From Chloroflexota bacterium (GTDB lineage Bacteria; Chloroflexota; Anaerolineae; UBA2200): DNA of 64,000 nucleotides. Of the stretch, positions 49,654-59,351 are shown piece after piece. The DNA lies in assembly GCA_030607875.1 (NCBI GenBank), contig JAUWJD010000012.1:11130-75129 (forward strand), written 5' to 3'. How positions within the stretch are numbered: the stretch's first letter is position 1; each line of letters opens with the position of its first letter. A program made the position numbers and the translations under genes. The notes under the pieces were generated by a model that was not told the DNA's origin, made no database searches, and saw nothing but the letters and a program-made list of their open reading frames with translations.

Positions 49654-50028
49654 TGTAGCAGCGAGTTAGTGTTTGCTAGACGGACCAAGGCAAGACACAT
49701 CAATGGAGCGGCCTCACTAGTCGAAGACTGGTACACAAGCACGAAAACGTTGAGCGTAGCTCGACAGGCCAGCAGTGCCGTGCGCCGGAATGGCAGCATT
49801 GCGCTCGTCGTCGATACAAGCGAAGATCTACCGTGTGGGTCTTGGCATCGAGCCTCCGAGGAGCAACTGGATTAGCTCGACTATCCACCAAATCAGCGGT
49901 CAAAAGCTACCACAGATGTGCACTGAAGGTATTCTTCGCCCGAGCCTTCGCCCTCACGAGTGTACGTTCTTCTGGACTTTCATGCTTTCCCTCCGATAGT
50001 GATATGATACACCAATTTCGCTTATCTT

Positions 50029-50055
50029 GGTGCCCACTTTTTCGGGGGAAGATCA
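50029..50055. mobile_element. Possible orphan IS3-family terminal inverted repeat
   Basis: GGTGCCCACTTTTTCGGGGGAAGATCA resembles IS3-family right ends; no transposase nearby. Confidence 0.35.
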
Positions 50056-50182
50056 AAGATCAATAGCGAAGTTGACGGCCAATGCGTGAACAATTTGCTT
50101 GGAGGTTTCGCATCACTTCAGACGCTGCGACTCGCGTTGCTCCTTCCCGGTCTACGCCATTGAGGTTCGTTGACTCGGCCCA

Positions 50183-53100
50183 TCATCCTTTTTGGAGCTT
50201 GACGCTCCAAGCCCTGAGGCCATCATAGCTGAATCCCAGAAAGAAGCTGACTCTTTCGTTTTCATGCCGCTCCTTGACAAAGCTCGACTCGTCGGGCGCG
50301 CGAGACCGCCCCGGGACGAAGAAAACCCGCAACCCGCATTCTAACTCTATCAAGCCTGCCTCTGGCCGATCAATGCGTGCGATCAGACCCGATATCCTCT
50401 CTAGCGGCTCTGCATTGGTCCAAAAATCCTTCTCTCTGTCCCAGCCTCCCAATCTTGAATAGTGCACTAGGCGCGTCATACCAGAACCTTTTCCAAGCCA
50501 ATTGTACGAACGGGTACGATACTGCAGATTCCGTGCTTGACGTCGGGACCCCTCGACAAGCCTCTCGGCGGCCACTTTCGCGACTGCTGAGCCCTCTATC
50601 GCTTTCAGCGTGTGGAGCGTGTACAAGTAGTAGACGCAATCAATGGAACCACCTAGTGCACGCCAATAGCTCAACCGCTCTATCGCTGAGTCGACCATGA
50701 CGGAAGGCGTTCGACGTGCAGCCTCGAACCAAAGGCGTATGTTTCGTTCATTGTGCGGTTCGCGGAGCAAGTTCTGCTCCATCAGATTGACTATCTCGTT
50801 CAAACCCTCCTGATCTAGGTTGTCCCAGGATCGCTTCCTACTGCCCAGGTAGGCGAATACCAGCCTGCGACGTATGGGCGGCTTGTATACGTCGCTGCGC
50901 TTCAGCAACCGGGTCCAGCCTTCAATAACCTTAGCGTAGTCGCCGACCAGTTCATTGAGACGCGTTTCACAACTCACCACATAGTGGCTGAGGCGCTGAG
51001 CTTCACCTCCTCGAAGACGCTTTACATCTTGCAGGAGCCCTTCTGCCAACTCAATCTTTTCTTGGTATTTCAGAGACGACGGATCTGTGAGAAAGTCCAC
51101 ATAACTTCGCGTACCAGACATTTTGAAGCCAAACTCCACCGTCCACGTGAGCAGTTGGATATGAGATACATGCGCATACTCGTCGTCAGGAGCCATCTCA
51201 CGAGCTAAGCTGAACGCGTCCTCTGCTTGCTGCAACAAAGCTTCGATTTCTTCTAGAGCGGCGGCAGTGACATCTTCCCCACTTCTGGCTTTCTTCTCAG
51301 CAGCCTTCATCAAGCCATAGGCCTGTTCTCGCAAGGTCATGCCCTTCATATGGTGAAGGACATGATCTTGATCATCGAGTTCCAACGACTTCTCAATAGC
51401 CTCCAAAGCCTTGGTGTGTTCTCCGCACCAGCTGAGGTAGCGGCCCAAGTGCGCCCAGAAGTGGGGCTGATCATTGAAGTGCTCTGCTAAGGCCCGAAGA
51501 ACGGCCAACTGTCCTTCAGGCACTTGGATATCCTGTATCAGCTGACCGAAGTTGGGTCTTCGCTCGAAGTAGGGTTTTTCCGCAGGTGTGCCAAGTGTAT
51601 CCCGGCTGTGACGCAATACCAACATTCTTGACAGAATGTCGAGAACCCTTTCGCTAGGTACTCTGTCCGTCGTTTCATACAGCGCGTCGCAATCCTCGAT
51701 AAACCGAATTGCCCATGTTGATAGGTTGTCTCGCCACATCCGGCGAGCAGCAGCATCACCGGCGAGGATGTGCTCACAAATCTCGCCTGCCACAAGTTGG
51801 TGAGATGGGCGCCAGTTGACCTCCCCTTCTTTGGACTCCCGAATCAACAAGCTCTGTCGGCGCTTGTCGAGTGCTCTCTCAAGCTGGACAGTCGTTGTGC
51901 CGTCTAGACCCAGCATATGAGCAAACATCTGTGAGGGGAGTGTTTGGTGCGCATAGCGATAGGCGAGTGCGATGTAGCACATAATTCGTCGCTCTTCCTC
52001 GGACATCCCTTGGAGTCGGGCTTCAACGTATGTGTCTAGTCGAGTGAACTCTCTATCGAAAGCCGTCAGGCCGAAATAGAATGGCACCCGGAGTTTCTGT
52101 GTGCCTTCATTCCGCGCAAGGTCTCTGAGTAAGGCCAAGCGGTCTGGCCTCACACGGCCGTAGCTTTCGGCGAAGCGATTTGCTTCGTCAGCATCGAGCT
52201 GTTCGCGAAGATAGCGGACTCGCTCCTCTTCTTTCTTCACCGCCTCAAATCGACGAGACACGATCAAGAAGACGACTGCCAGGTTCTCACTTCTGACTGT
52301 TGAGTACAGCTTCTCGAGAATATCTAGAGGGACCTCTGCACTCTCAACAACCACCAGGATTGGCAACGATGTTAGGCGGCGCAGTAACTGTAGACGTCCG
52401 ATCGTACCGTCGGAGACTTTGTGAAGCAGTACGGCCGGATAAGACTCATGCAAGTCCCATGCGATTCGCCGGGCTACCGTCGTTCCTCCTGCTCCTGGAT
52501 GATGGTATAGGTTTATTCGGGTAGTTAGACGGTGCGTCAGGTCATGCCTCACCTGATTCCTTAGATACTCCGTCTTGTTGCGATCCACATCTTGGTGTAG
52601 GCTAAGTTCGAACCAGGAGATCTTTCCCCCGTAGAGGAACCTTGACTTCCTGCCATCTTCGTCTTTCTCCTGGATACCGACATCGTGATGAACAAGAGTC
52701 ATCTCCTCTTCCAGGAATACCGTATCCTTGCGTTTGAGTACTACCCGTTGCTTGTGGGCGCCAGGCAGCGAGACCGTTTTCTTCTCGAAGTAGAATCTTC
52801 TAAACAGCTTGCTGAGCCCGGCAGTGATCTGAGTTGCTTGCAGAGGGAAAACCTTACCATTATAGACTTGGCTGATCTCGAGGAGAGGATCTAGCTGCGG
52901 GGTGGCAAAGATGAGATCTATCCGATCGCCGAACGCATCGGTGAGCAAATCACAGATCTTATTCACGTAGTTGGGCTCGTTCCAGAGGATTAGGCTCGTT
53001 GCAGGTTGTTCGCTGGAGGATGCCGCCAAATCGCGCAGAATCTGCGTCAGGGGAGCACTGTACTTGAGTTTCCACGGAAGCCATCCATCTCCTATGGGAA

Positions 53101-54652
53101 ATGTACTCGCCCGTCCTCTTAACCCGTGTGCTGCGTACCAGTAGGTCGCCCGAGCCGGGTTGAGGGAAAGCCGAGCATCGCAGGTCAAGACGTGCAATGA
53201 GCGCCTGCCCTCGATTTCCTCACTCATATACTCGTATAATCCGCCGGCTTGGGTGTCTGGGTCAAAATCGAGGATCAAAGACCAGCCTACTCGACCAAGT
53301 GGATTCATTAGGGGAGCAACTTCGCGAAGATCTGGCCCCGTCACCAGGATGTAGATTCGTTCCCTATCAAACCCTTGACAAGCTTCCAGAAACGGCTCCC
53401 ATGTGTCGCCTGCTTCCATCAGGGCCTTTGTCTGCCGAAGGGCCAACTCTTCTCCAGATTCGGGTAGACGAATCTCAGAATACTGGCACTGCTCACGCAA
53501 ATAGGTGGCTGCGTACACGAAAGCGGCGAAGCGCTCTTCTCTTGACAGACCAGTCTTGTTGCAGAAATTTAGGCCAACGGCTGTGCCAGCTAGGCGGTAT
53601 AGCCCCCAGAAGTCGTCAAGCAGCGTCGGATGGTTGCACGATATCCAACTGGCGAGCGCGACTCTCATAGAACGGATGACGGCACAGGCACCGGCTAGCT
53701 CTGCGGACACCCAGGTGGTAGACGGCACATCGACTCTGGCCAGCATTCTCACGAACTCTATCCACTTCTCAACCGAGACACGAGTTGCCTGTCGAAGAAG
53801 ATAGCTCAGTTCAAGGTATGCGTGATCGTACAGAAGAAACGAGTTCTTTCTGAAGTTTGCAAAGTCGATAAGGTAGTATCCCTCGAAATCATCCCCATAC
53901 TGAGAGAATTCAACAAGTACGTTGTTATTGTTGAGATCACCGTGCAGGAAGCCTCGTAGGATATCTAGAGGCCGTGTATCACCCCAAAGCTCCTCATCAC
54001 ACGCGAAGGCATAGGGGTTGGCGTACATCTCTCCGTCTAGGATGAACCCAGGAGCATTAGCATTGCAGTCGCACTCGTCGTTTAGGAATCCGTGAATACG
54101 TCCCTCGTTGGGGCTGAGACGGTAACCCAGCCAGTCTGCCAAGATGGACTGAGGGTGCACGTGCGATACAGGCTCAATCCTGTCCTTGTTCCAGAGTTCA
54201 AGAAGGCCACTACCCAGCGTAGAGTAGATCAGCTCGAGTCGGCCCTGTTGGGCGTAGGCTATGAGAGGCCGACATTGCTGCAAGGATCCGCCAGCAATGG
54301 TGTATAGAACGAGCAGTGCTCCGTCCATCTCGATGGGATCGTACACCAGCTGCGCCATATGATGTTGGACGAAATCCTTTGATGCCAGACTTGCCGCCAA
54401 CCGGTGCTTCTCCGCTTCGTTCTTCCAGTCGCCCCCCCATTGTGCTGGTCGATCCAATTTGAGTATGAAGTGCTCGACGGAGGTAGGATCCACGGTAGAC
54501 ACACTCACTAGGTAGAGCAGGGCTCCCGTCCTGCCGCCGGTTAGCTGCTGAAGAGGGCGGATCCGGATGTGCTCGCGTTCTTGCAGAGCCCGAAGTGTGT
54601 TCTGGTATTCGGGAACTAAGGCTTGAAATTGCGGGTCAAGTTCACTGTTCAC
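50183..54652 (-). CDS. SAMD9/9L-like STAND NTPase: kinase-like N-terminus, SIR2-like domain, P-loop NTPase, TPR, C-terminal OB fold
   Basis: HGDLNNNNVLV..LIDFA; WSLILDFDPD; NLYHHPGAGGTTVARRIAWDL; PFYFGLTAF; TPRs; VSFFLGFSYDGLRAW. Probable start GTG 54652 with a GAGG RBS. Confidence 0.8.
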   Translation of the reverse strand: MNSELDPQFQALVPEYQNTLRALQEREHIRIRPLQQLTGGRTGALLYLVSVSTVDPTSVEHFILKLDRPAQWGGDWKNEAEKHRLAASLASKDFVQHHMAQLVYDPIEMDGALLVLYTIAGGSLQQCRPLIAYAQQGRLELIYSTLGSGLLELWNKDRIEPVSHVHPQSILADWLGYRLSPNEGRIHGFLNDECDCNANAPGFILDGEMYANPYAFACDEELWGDTRPLDILRGFLHGDLNNNNVLVEFSQYGDDFEGYYLIDFANFRKNSFLLYDHAYLELSYLLRQATRVSVEKWIEFVRMLARVDVPSTTWVSAELAGACAVIRSMRVALASWISCNHPTLLDDFWGLYRLAGTAVGLNFCNKTGLSREERFAAFVYAATYLREQCQYSEIRLPESGEELALRQTKALMEAGDTWEPFLEACQGFDRERIYILVTGPDLREVAPLMNPLGRVGWSLILDFDPDTQAGGLYEYMSEEIEGRRSLHVLTCDARLSLNPARATYWYAAHGLRGRASTFPIGDGWLPWKLKYSAPLTQILRDLAASSSEQPATSLILWNEPNYVNKICDLLTDAFGDRIDLIFATPQLDPLLEISQVYNGKVFPLQATQITAGLSKLFRRFYFEKKTVSLPGAHKQRVVLKRKDTVFLEEEMTLVHHDVGIQEKDEDGRKSRFLYGGKISWFELSLHQDVDRNKTEYLRNQVRHDLTHRLTTRINLYHHPGAGGTTVARRIAWDLHESYPAVLLHKVSDGTIGRLQLLRRLTSLPILVVVESAEVPLDILEKLYSTVRSENLAVVFLIVSRRFEAVKKEEERVRYLREQLDADEANRFAESYGRVRPDRLALLRDLARNEGTQKLRVPFYFGLTAFDREFTRLDTYVEARLQGMSEEERRIMCYIALAYRYAHQTLPSQMFAHMLGLDGTTTVQLERALDKRRQSLLIRESKEGEVNWRPSHQLVAGEICEHILAGDAAARRMWRDNLSTWAIRFIEDCDALYETTDRVPSERVLDILSRMLVLRHSRDTLGTPAEKPYFERRPNFGQLIQDIQVPEGQLAVLRALAEHFNDQPHFWAHLGRYLSWCGEHTKALEAIEKSLELDDQDHVLHHMKGMTLREQAYGLMKAAEKKARSGEDVTAAALEEIEALLQQAEDAFSLAREMAPDDEYAHVSHIQLLTWTVEFGFKMSGTRSYVDFLTDPSSLKYQEKIELAEGLLQDVKRLRGGEAQRLSHYVVSCETRLNELVGDYAKVIEGWTRLLKRSDVYKPPIRRRLVFAYLGSRKRSWDNLDQEGLNEIVNLMEQNLLREPHNERNIRLWFEAARRTPSVMVDSAIERLSYWRALGGSIDCVYYLYTLHTLKAIEGSAVAKVAAERLVEGSRRQARNLQYRTRSYNWLGKGSGMTRLVHYSRLGGWDREKDFWTNAEPLERISGLIARIDRPEAGLIELECGLRVFFVPGRSRAPDESSFVKERHENERVSFFLGFSYDGLRAWSVKLQKG

Positions 54653-55093
54653 AGTAAACCTCGCTTTCTGGCCGGCATTCTCCAGCAGATGTCTACTCTC
54701 ACATGTTGGCCTGATGTGTGCTGATCGCACGTCGCCGAGACAGATGCCATCCTTCAGTCCAGTCTTCGGGTTGCTCAAAGAAGAAGACGGCTGTTTAATC
54801 CGAAGAAGAGAGGCTTGGGTTCGTGTGGTGGGATCTACGTTGGCCGGGCTTCTTGGACATTGCGGGAGACGGACAGCTATTTGTTGCTCATGATTATACA
54901 AGATAGCACGCTACATGACAAAACGGTGGTCTGCTTGCTACATGGGCCGATGCTATTCAGCGGAGTTTGCCGTTCCACGAGCTACGCAACCCCCAGATGC
55001 CCGTGCACTCCGGCAGGATGACCCAGTTGTTCTTCACCATCTTCGCGGCCAGGGACTCGAAGCGGTAGTCGGCGCGAATCCAGGCGGAGAACC

Positions 55094-55615
55094 TCACGTC
55101 TGGGGTCTCAGCCTCGCCAGCAGCTTTCGGCCACGGCTTCTCATCGCCGGGCTGCCACTCTCGGTGAGTCCTTCCAGCAACTCGATCACTTGCGCACGGA
55201 GGCTGGCATCTTCCTCGGCCAGGTCGGCCAGCGCCTGCATGGCAAAGGTCTTGACGATTTTGCTTGGGTCATCCAGGTACTCCGTCAGGATTTCGACCAC
55301 GACGGCGCGTTGGTGGGCGCTCCAGTCCAGCCGGGGGATCATCTGCGCCACGTGCCAGCGCACCTCTTGCTGCTCGATGCGTGCCACCCGCTCGATCAAC
55401 GCCTGCTTGTACGGCTCCAGGTACTCTGGGTGTCTTGCCGTGACCTTCTCCGCCACATCGGCGCAGCGCATGCGCACCACGGAATCGTCGCCGAGCATGC
55501 CCTGGAATATTGGGTCGAACAATGTCGGATCGTTGAGCACCTCTTCGACGACTTCGTTGGCCCGCCCAATGGAACGCCGGTCCCCGCCCTCCAACTTCTT
55601 TAGGATGTCGCTCAT
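55094..55615 (-). CDS. HEAT-repeat-like hypothetical protein
   Basis: Helical repeats DSVVRMRCAD, QEVRWHVAQ, SKIVKTFAMQAL, PAMRSRGRKLL. Confidence 0.65.
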   Translation of the reverse strand: MSDILKKLEGGDRRSIGRANEVVEEVLNDPTLFDPIFQGMLGDDSVVRMRCADVAEKVTARHPEYLEPYKQALIERVARIEQQEVRWHVAQMIPRLDWSAHQRAVVVEILTEYLDDPSKIVKTFAMQALADLAEEDASLRAQVIELLEGLTESGSPAMRSRGRKLLARLRPQT

Positions 55616-55659
55616 GGTTGCACTCGCTTGATTGTACTGCTTCCGGGTGCCGAACAGAA

Positions 55660-55722
55660 ATCACCGCAGAGATCGCAGAGGGCTGTTTCGCAATTCCTCT
55701 GCGCACTCCTCGGTCTTTGCGA
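55660..55722. repeat. CACCGCAGAG-type intergenic repeat
   Basis: TCACCGCAGAGATCGCAGAG...CTCTGCG; related to copies at 37376 and 37678. Confidence 0.5.
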
Positions 55723-55797
55723 AGCACCCCGACGTCCCTGCAGTCCCGCCATTTGTCAAGCGGGGATTCGGCGGGGTTGCGTTTCAAATCCGTGTCC

Positions 55798-56403
55798 CTA
55801 TTCGAAAGGCTGGCGGATGATGGTCTTGAGCTTGTCCGGCGCTGTTCTGTTCGGATCGCTGAGGTAGATCTCGTGGTGCTTGCCCCTGAGCTTGTGCCCC
55901 TGCTCTTCGATGAACTGGTGGATTCGCTGGATGGTCTCGTCCTCGTTTGAGTACGGGCCAATGTACAGGATGTGCGCCGACGGCCCTTCGTGGTATGTGT
56001 CAAGCCGCACTCGCGAGGCTGCAGGCAGACCCTTCTTCTCCTGCACCTGCACCTTGGCCTCTTCGACCATCTCCTCGCTCACAAAGCCCGGCACGAGGAT
56101 CATCATCGTCCATTTCCACGCCTCCTTGTTCGCCTCGGTGAACGCCATCATGTCCTCTGCCCACCACAGGCCTTCGAGGGGCATCACCTTGAAGTCGATC
56201 TCCCGTGTTTTCTTGACCGCGAACTTGAGTGTATAAGCGACCGAGTACAGCGCGCCAACCGCCTCGGCGTACGCCTCGGCTCCGGGTGCTCCCTCGCCGT
56301 CGAGCATCAGAAATGGCAGCGGCGGGATATCAACTGCTGTGACTTCCTTCTTCGAGGGCTTGTACAGGTGTTTGAGTTCTTTCATCAGATCGATCTTTTC
56401 CAT
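55798..56403 (-). CDS. GyrI-like small-molecule-binding domain protein
   Basis: MEKIDL.KELKHLY; VMPLEGLWW; WKWTMMI; YIGPY..E; GKHHEIYLSDPNRTAPDKLKTIIRQP. Confidence 0.85.
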   Translation of the reverse strand: MEKIDLMKELKHLYKPSKKEVTAVDIPPLPFLMLDGEGAPGAEAYAEAVGALYSVAYTLKFAVKKTREIDFKVMPLEGLWWAEDMMAFTEANKEAWKWTMMILVPGFVSEEMVEEAKVQVQEKKGLPAASRVRLDTYHEGPSAHILYIGPYSNEDETIQRIHQFIEEQGHKLRGKHHEIYLSDPNRTAPDKLKTIIRQPFE

Positions 56404-56447
56404 CGTTTTCCTCCATTTGTCTTGTATGTTGCAGCGAACAGACTTTG

Positions 56448-57476
56448 TCAAGCGACGATTTGACTCAGACCTTCCCACGCGGCCTGCTCCCGGTCGGCGA
56501 TTGCCTTCATTCGCGACGTGGCGTCGGGCAACAGCGCCGCCGGATCCGGTGCTTCGTACGCTTCTTTGAAGATCTCGGCCACTTCCTGCCAGCGGTCGCC
56601 GATTTCGTGCATCTGGTCGCCAACTTCGTCCAGGCGCGGCTCGCCGGTGATCTCTGCCGCCGTCTTCAGGAAGCGCCCATACATGTAGCGGAAGATGCCG
56701 CCGCCGGTGCCACCAGTAGCATCGATGAAAATGAAGATATTGAAGCATGTCCAGCGCAGCCGTTCTTCGTCCATCTGCTGTGGCCATTTCAGGGTTCGTT
56801 TGACTGCCGTGCGGATGCCCTTGACGCCAAGATTGTGGATGGGGGGTTCCAGCATGCCCTTGCTGGCCTCGCGGATCGCATGGCGCACTTCTTCGGCAGT
56901 TGGCGGACGCTTGGTGCTAAAGTCGAAGGTGTACCAGGTGTGCAGCGGCGGGAAGGGTTTGAATGTGGAGCCACGCGCTTTCGCCAGGTCTTGCAGTGAC
57001 ATGGGATGCAGTGCCGCGTCGCGGTCGGCGATGAGCACCTGTTTCGCCTTGCGGTCGTAGCCGGCGACGACAACCACGTGTTGTCCAAAGTGATAGTCCT
57101 CAGGCAGATCGAAGTAGGGCAGGAAGCCCATGTCCACGTGAATCATCACCGGCTTACCCGCCGTCAGCATCTCCAAGAGGGCCTTCTCCGCTTTGCGGGC
57201 GCTCTTGGTACGGAAGATTTCGACCTGAACCCCGGTGCGGCGTCCAACGGTCTTTTCGAGGCCCTCTACGCCTGGGCGGTCAAAGTTGGCCCGACCGCCG
57301 TAGAAGGGGTCGATACCCTTCTGGTGCCAATAGATAAAGCCCACGCCCGCGCCCAGTCCCAACAGCAGGTCCTCGCTAATCGGGTAGCCGTGAAACTCAT
57401 AGATGTGGCGCATCGAGCCTGTAACGCAGTGATGCGTCTCCAGCGATTGGAAGCCTTGTAGTGGTTTCAACATCAT
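56448..57476 (-). CDS. BtrH-like / DUF4872 protein (papain/C39-like fold)
   Basis: HCVTGS..SEDLLLGLGAG; DMGFLPY..HFGQHVVVVAGYD..IAD; GTGGGIFRYMYGRFL. Confidence 0.75.
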   Translation of the reverse strand: MMLKPLQGFQSLETHHCVTGSMRHIYEFHGYPISEDLLLGLGAGVGFIYWHQKGIDPFYGGRANFDRPGVEGLEKTVGRRTGVQVEIFRTKSARKAEKALLEMLTAGKPVMIHVDMGFLPYFDLPEDYHFGQHVVVVAGYDRKAKQVLIADRDAALHPMSLQDLAKARGSTFKPFPPLHTWYTFDFSTKRPPTAEEVRHAIREASKGMLEPPIHNLGVKGIRTAVKRTLKWPQQMDEERLRWTCFNIFIFIDATGGTGGGIFRYMYGRFLKTAAEITGEPRLDEVGDQMHEIGDRWQEVAEIFKEAYEAPDPAALLPDATSRMKAIADREQAAWEGLSQIVA

Positions 57477-57490
57477 GCACTCCTGCAAGT

Positions 57491-58456
57491 CTAGTAGTAA
57501 ACCGTGCGCGTTCTGTGGCGGGGTCGTGCTTTGTAGTGTGGCTGCTGCCCACGGTTCCACAAGAGGTAGTCCAGTTTCATCGGCGGGACATCGCGCCCCG
57601 ACCTGTGCAACTCTGCGCTCAATAGCTCAACCGCGTGCAGGGCGCAGGCTCTGATCTCCACTTCCTCTGCGCATCCCGCAGGTATCCATTCTTCGCGCTC
57701 GATCCGGGCAGCCAGGTCGTCTCCGTACAACAGCACCCCGTCGGTGCGCAGCACGTGCGGTACCAGGCTGTCGGCAAAGATGGTCAGCCGGTCGAGATCC
57801 TCAAAATGGCCTGGACCCTGGCCGTCGAAAGCAATCCACAGGTCTGCCGCCGTGATCTGAGCCCGCTTGTAGAAGGGCACTTTCAGATCGCCGTAGGAAG
57901 CGACATCATTGAAGTAGGGCATCTCGATGAGCAGTAGCGCCAGCCGCTCGGCAGAGCCACCGGCGCTCTCCACCAGTCCAACAAAGCTCTCCCCGAAGCG
58001 CTCGAGCAGATACTGCCCCAGGTCATTGAGCGCGTTGGCAAAGAGCTGCATCAGCTCGCCGATGGGTGCGTTGTCGACGTCTTGCCCAAACACTTGTGCG
58101 CAGTCCTGCACGGTAAGCTGAGTCAGTCCTTGCGCAGATAACGGGCCATGTGCTTTGTAGTAGTCGTTGAGCGAACTGGCAATGGTGAAGTAGCCGGACA
58201 TGCCAGGCCGCTTGCGCAGGTGTGGAAAGTAGCCTGAGCCAAAGTTGATCGCATCCAGGGTTAGGAAGAAGGCCACGGTGTCATTGCCGTGTCCGAGATA
58301 GTGGCTGGCGGCATCGTGCTCCGGCCGGGCGAGCTGTTCCAGTGGCAGGGATGCAGCATACGAGGCGATACGATCATAGTTGATTTGCACATCACGCGCC
58401 CGTTCTGCGACTGCTTCACAGGCTTTGCGCACCTTCTCCAACAGACTTGGGCACAT
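57491..58456 (-). CDS. Queuosine salvage family protein (DUF2419 / Qng1-like Q-nucleotide N-glycosylase)
   Basis: LDAINF; FYKRAQI..ADLW; LTIFAD..VPHVL; EEVEIRA; LDYLLW; HRTRTVYY. Confidence 0.85.
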   Translation of the reverse strand: MCPSLLEKVRKACEAVAERARDVQINYDRIASYAASLPLEQLARPEHDAASHYLGHGNDTVAFFLTLDAINFGSGYFPHLRKRPGMSGYFTIASSLNDYYKAHGPLSAQGLTQLTVQDCAQVFGQDVDNAPIGELMQLFANALNDLGQYLLERFGESFVGLVESAGGSAERLALLLIEMPYFNDVASYGDLKVPFYKRAQITAADLWIAFDGQGPGHFEDLDRLTIFADSLVPHVLRTDGVLLYGDDLAARIEREEWIPAGCAEEVEIRACALHAVELLSAELHRSGRDVPPMKLDYLLWNRGQQPHYKARPRHRTRTVYY

Positions 58457-58489
58457 CGATGGTATTCCTTCCTGTCTGAGATATGGGGG

Positions 58490-59344
58490 TCAGGGGTTTG
58501 AGTGGGCAACCCTGGTCGTATGGTCACACATCGGTGGTCGAGGTTCACCGACGTGGCGCGCATCAAAGATGCCACTATCTTTGGTGATGTGAATGGCTCC
58601 TCCGCAAAGCGCCAACTCCCGTTTTACAGCTTCCGCGAACCCGGCCCGCCATTCAGCCGAGACATCTCTTCCGCTGGCAACATACTCGACGAGCGGTTCG
58701 ATTTCTGTGACCACGAGCGTATCCTTATAGCGGCGCACGACAACATCGGAGAACCACTCTGAGAGCTGAGCGGAGCCGCTCTCCAGTCTGAAATCCTCGA
58801 CAGAGTGCACGTCCGAGCATGCAAGACTGGGGTCAAATCTATGCACTAGCTCGGCCAGTTCGCGCAGATGATCTCGTCCGACGGTCGTGGCATAGAAATG
58901 CCCGCCAGGTCGCAGAACTCTCTGAATCTCTGACAGTGCTCTCGCTCGATCCGGCACGTGGTAGAGCATGTGGTTGGCGATAACGACCTCGAACCGTTGA
59001 TCTGCGAAGGGAATGGATTGCGCATTGATCACCAGGAAGGTGAATTGGCGTTGGTTGCGGCCAAGGTTCCCCTCTGCCTCGCGCACCATGCCCGGTAAGA
59101 GGTCTGACAGTGTGAGCTGCCACCCTTCCTGCTGGCGATGTATGTTCTGAAGCCACAGATCGCCTGGTCCGCAGCCCAGTTCCAGGATGCGGCACTGTGG
59201 AGGAAGATCAAGTTGGTCGAAAACCCAGCGGTGCCAACCGTATTTGTTCGTGCTGAAACGTGCGTGTAGTTGGATGCGCGCGTTGAGGTTCGATGCGTCC
59301 CGGTATTGTTCGCCGACATAGGCTGGGTCTGAAATGCGCGACAT
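58490..59344 (-). CDS. Class I SAM-dependent methyltransferase
   Basis: QYRDASNLNARIQLHARFS; ILELGCGPG; VIANHMLYHVPD; RVLRPGG. Confidence 0.85.
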   Translation of the reverse strand: MSRISDPAYVGEQYRDASNLNARIQLHARFSTNKYGWHRWVFDQLDLPPQCRILELGCGPGDLWLQNIHRQQEGWQLTLSDLLPGMVREAEGNLGRNQRQFTFLVINAQSIPFADQRFEVVIANHMLYHVPDRARALSEIQRVLRPGGHFYATTVGRDHLRELAELVHRFDPSLACSDVHSVEDFRLESGSAQLSEWFSDVVVRRYKDTLVVTEIEPLVEYVASGRDVSAEWRAGFAEAVKRELALCGGAIHITKDSGIFDARHVGEPRPPMCDHTTRVAHSNP

Positions 59345-59351
59345 TGGAATC

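Noticed and set aside
54653-54901. 83-aa N-terminal extension of the SAMD9-like ORF
   Set aside because: It looks non-protein-like; GTG 54652 has a GAGG RBS and begins the kinase-like domain.
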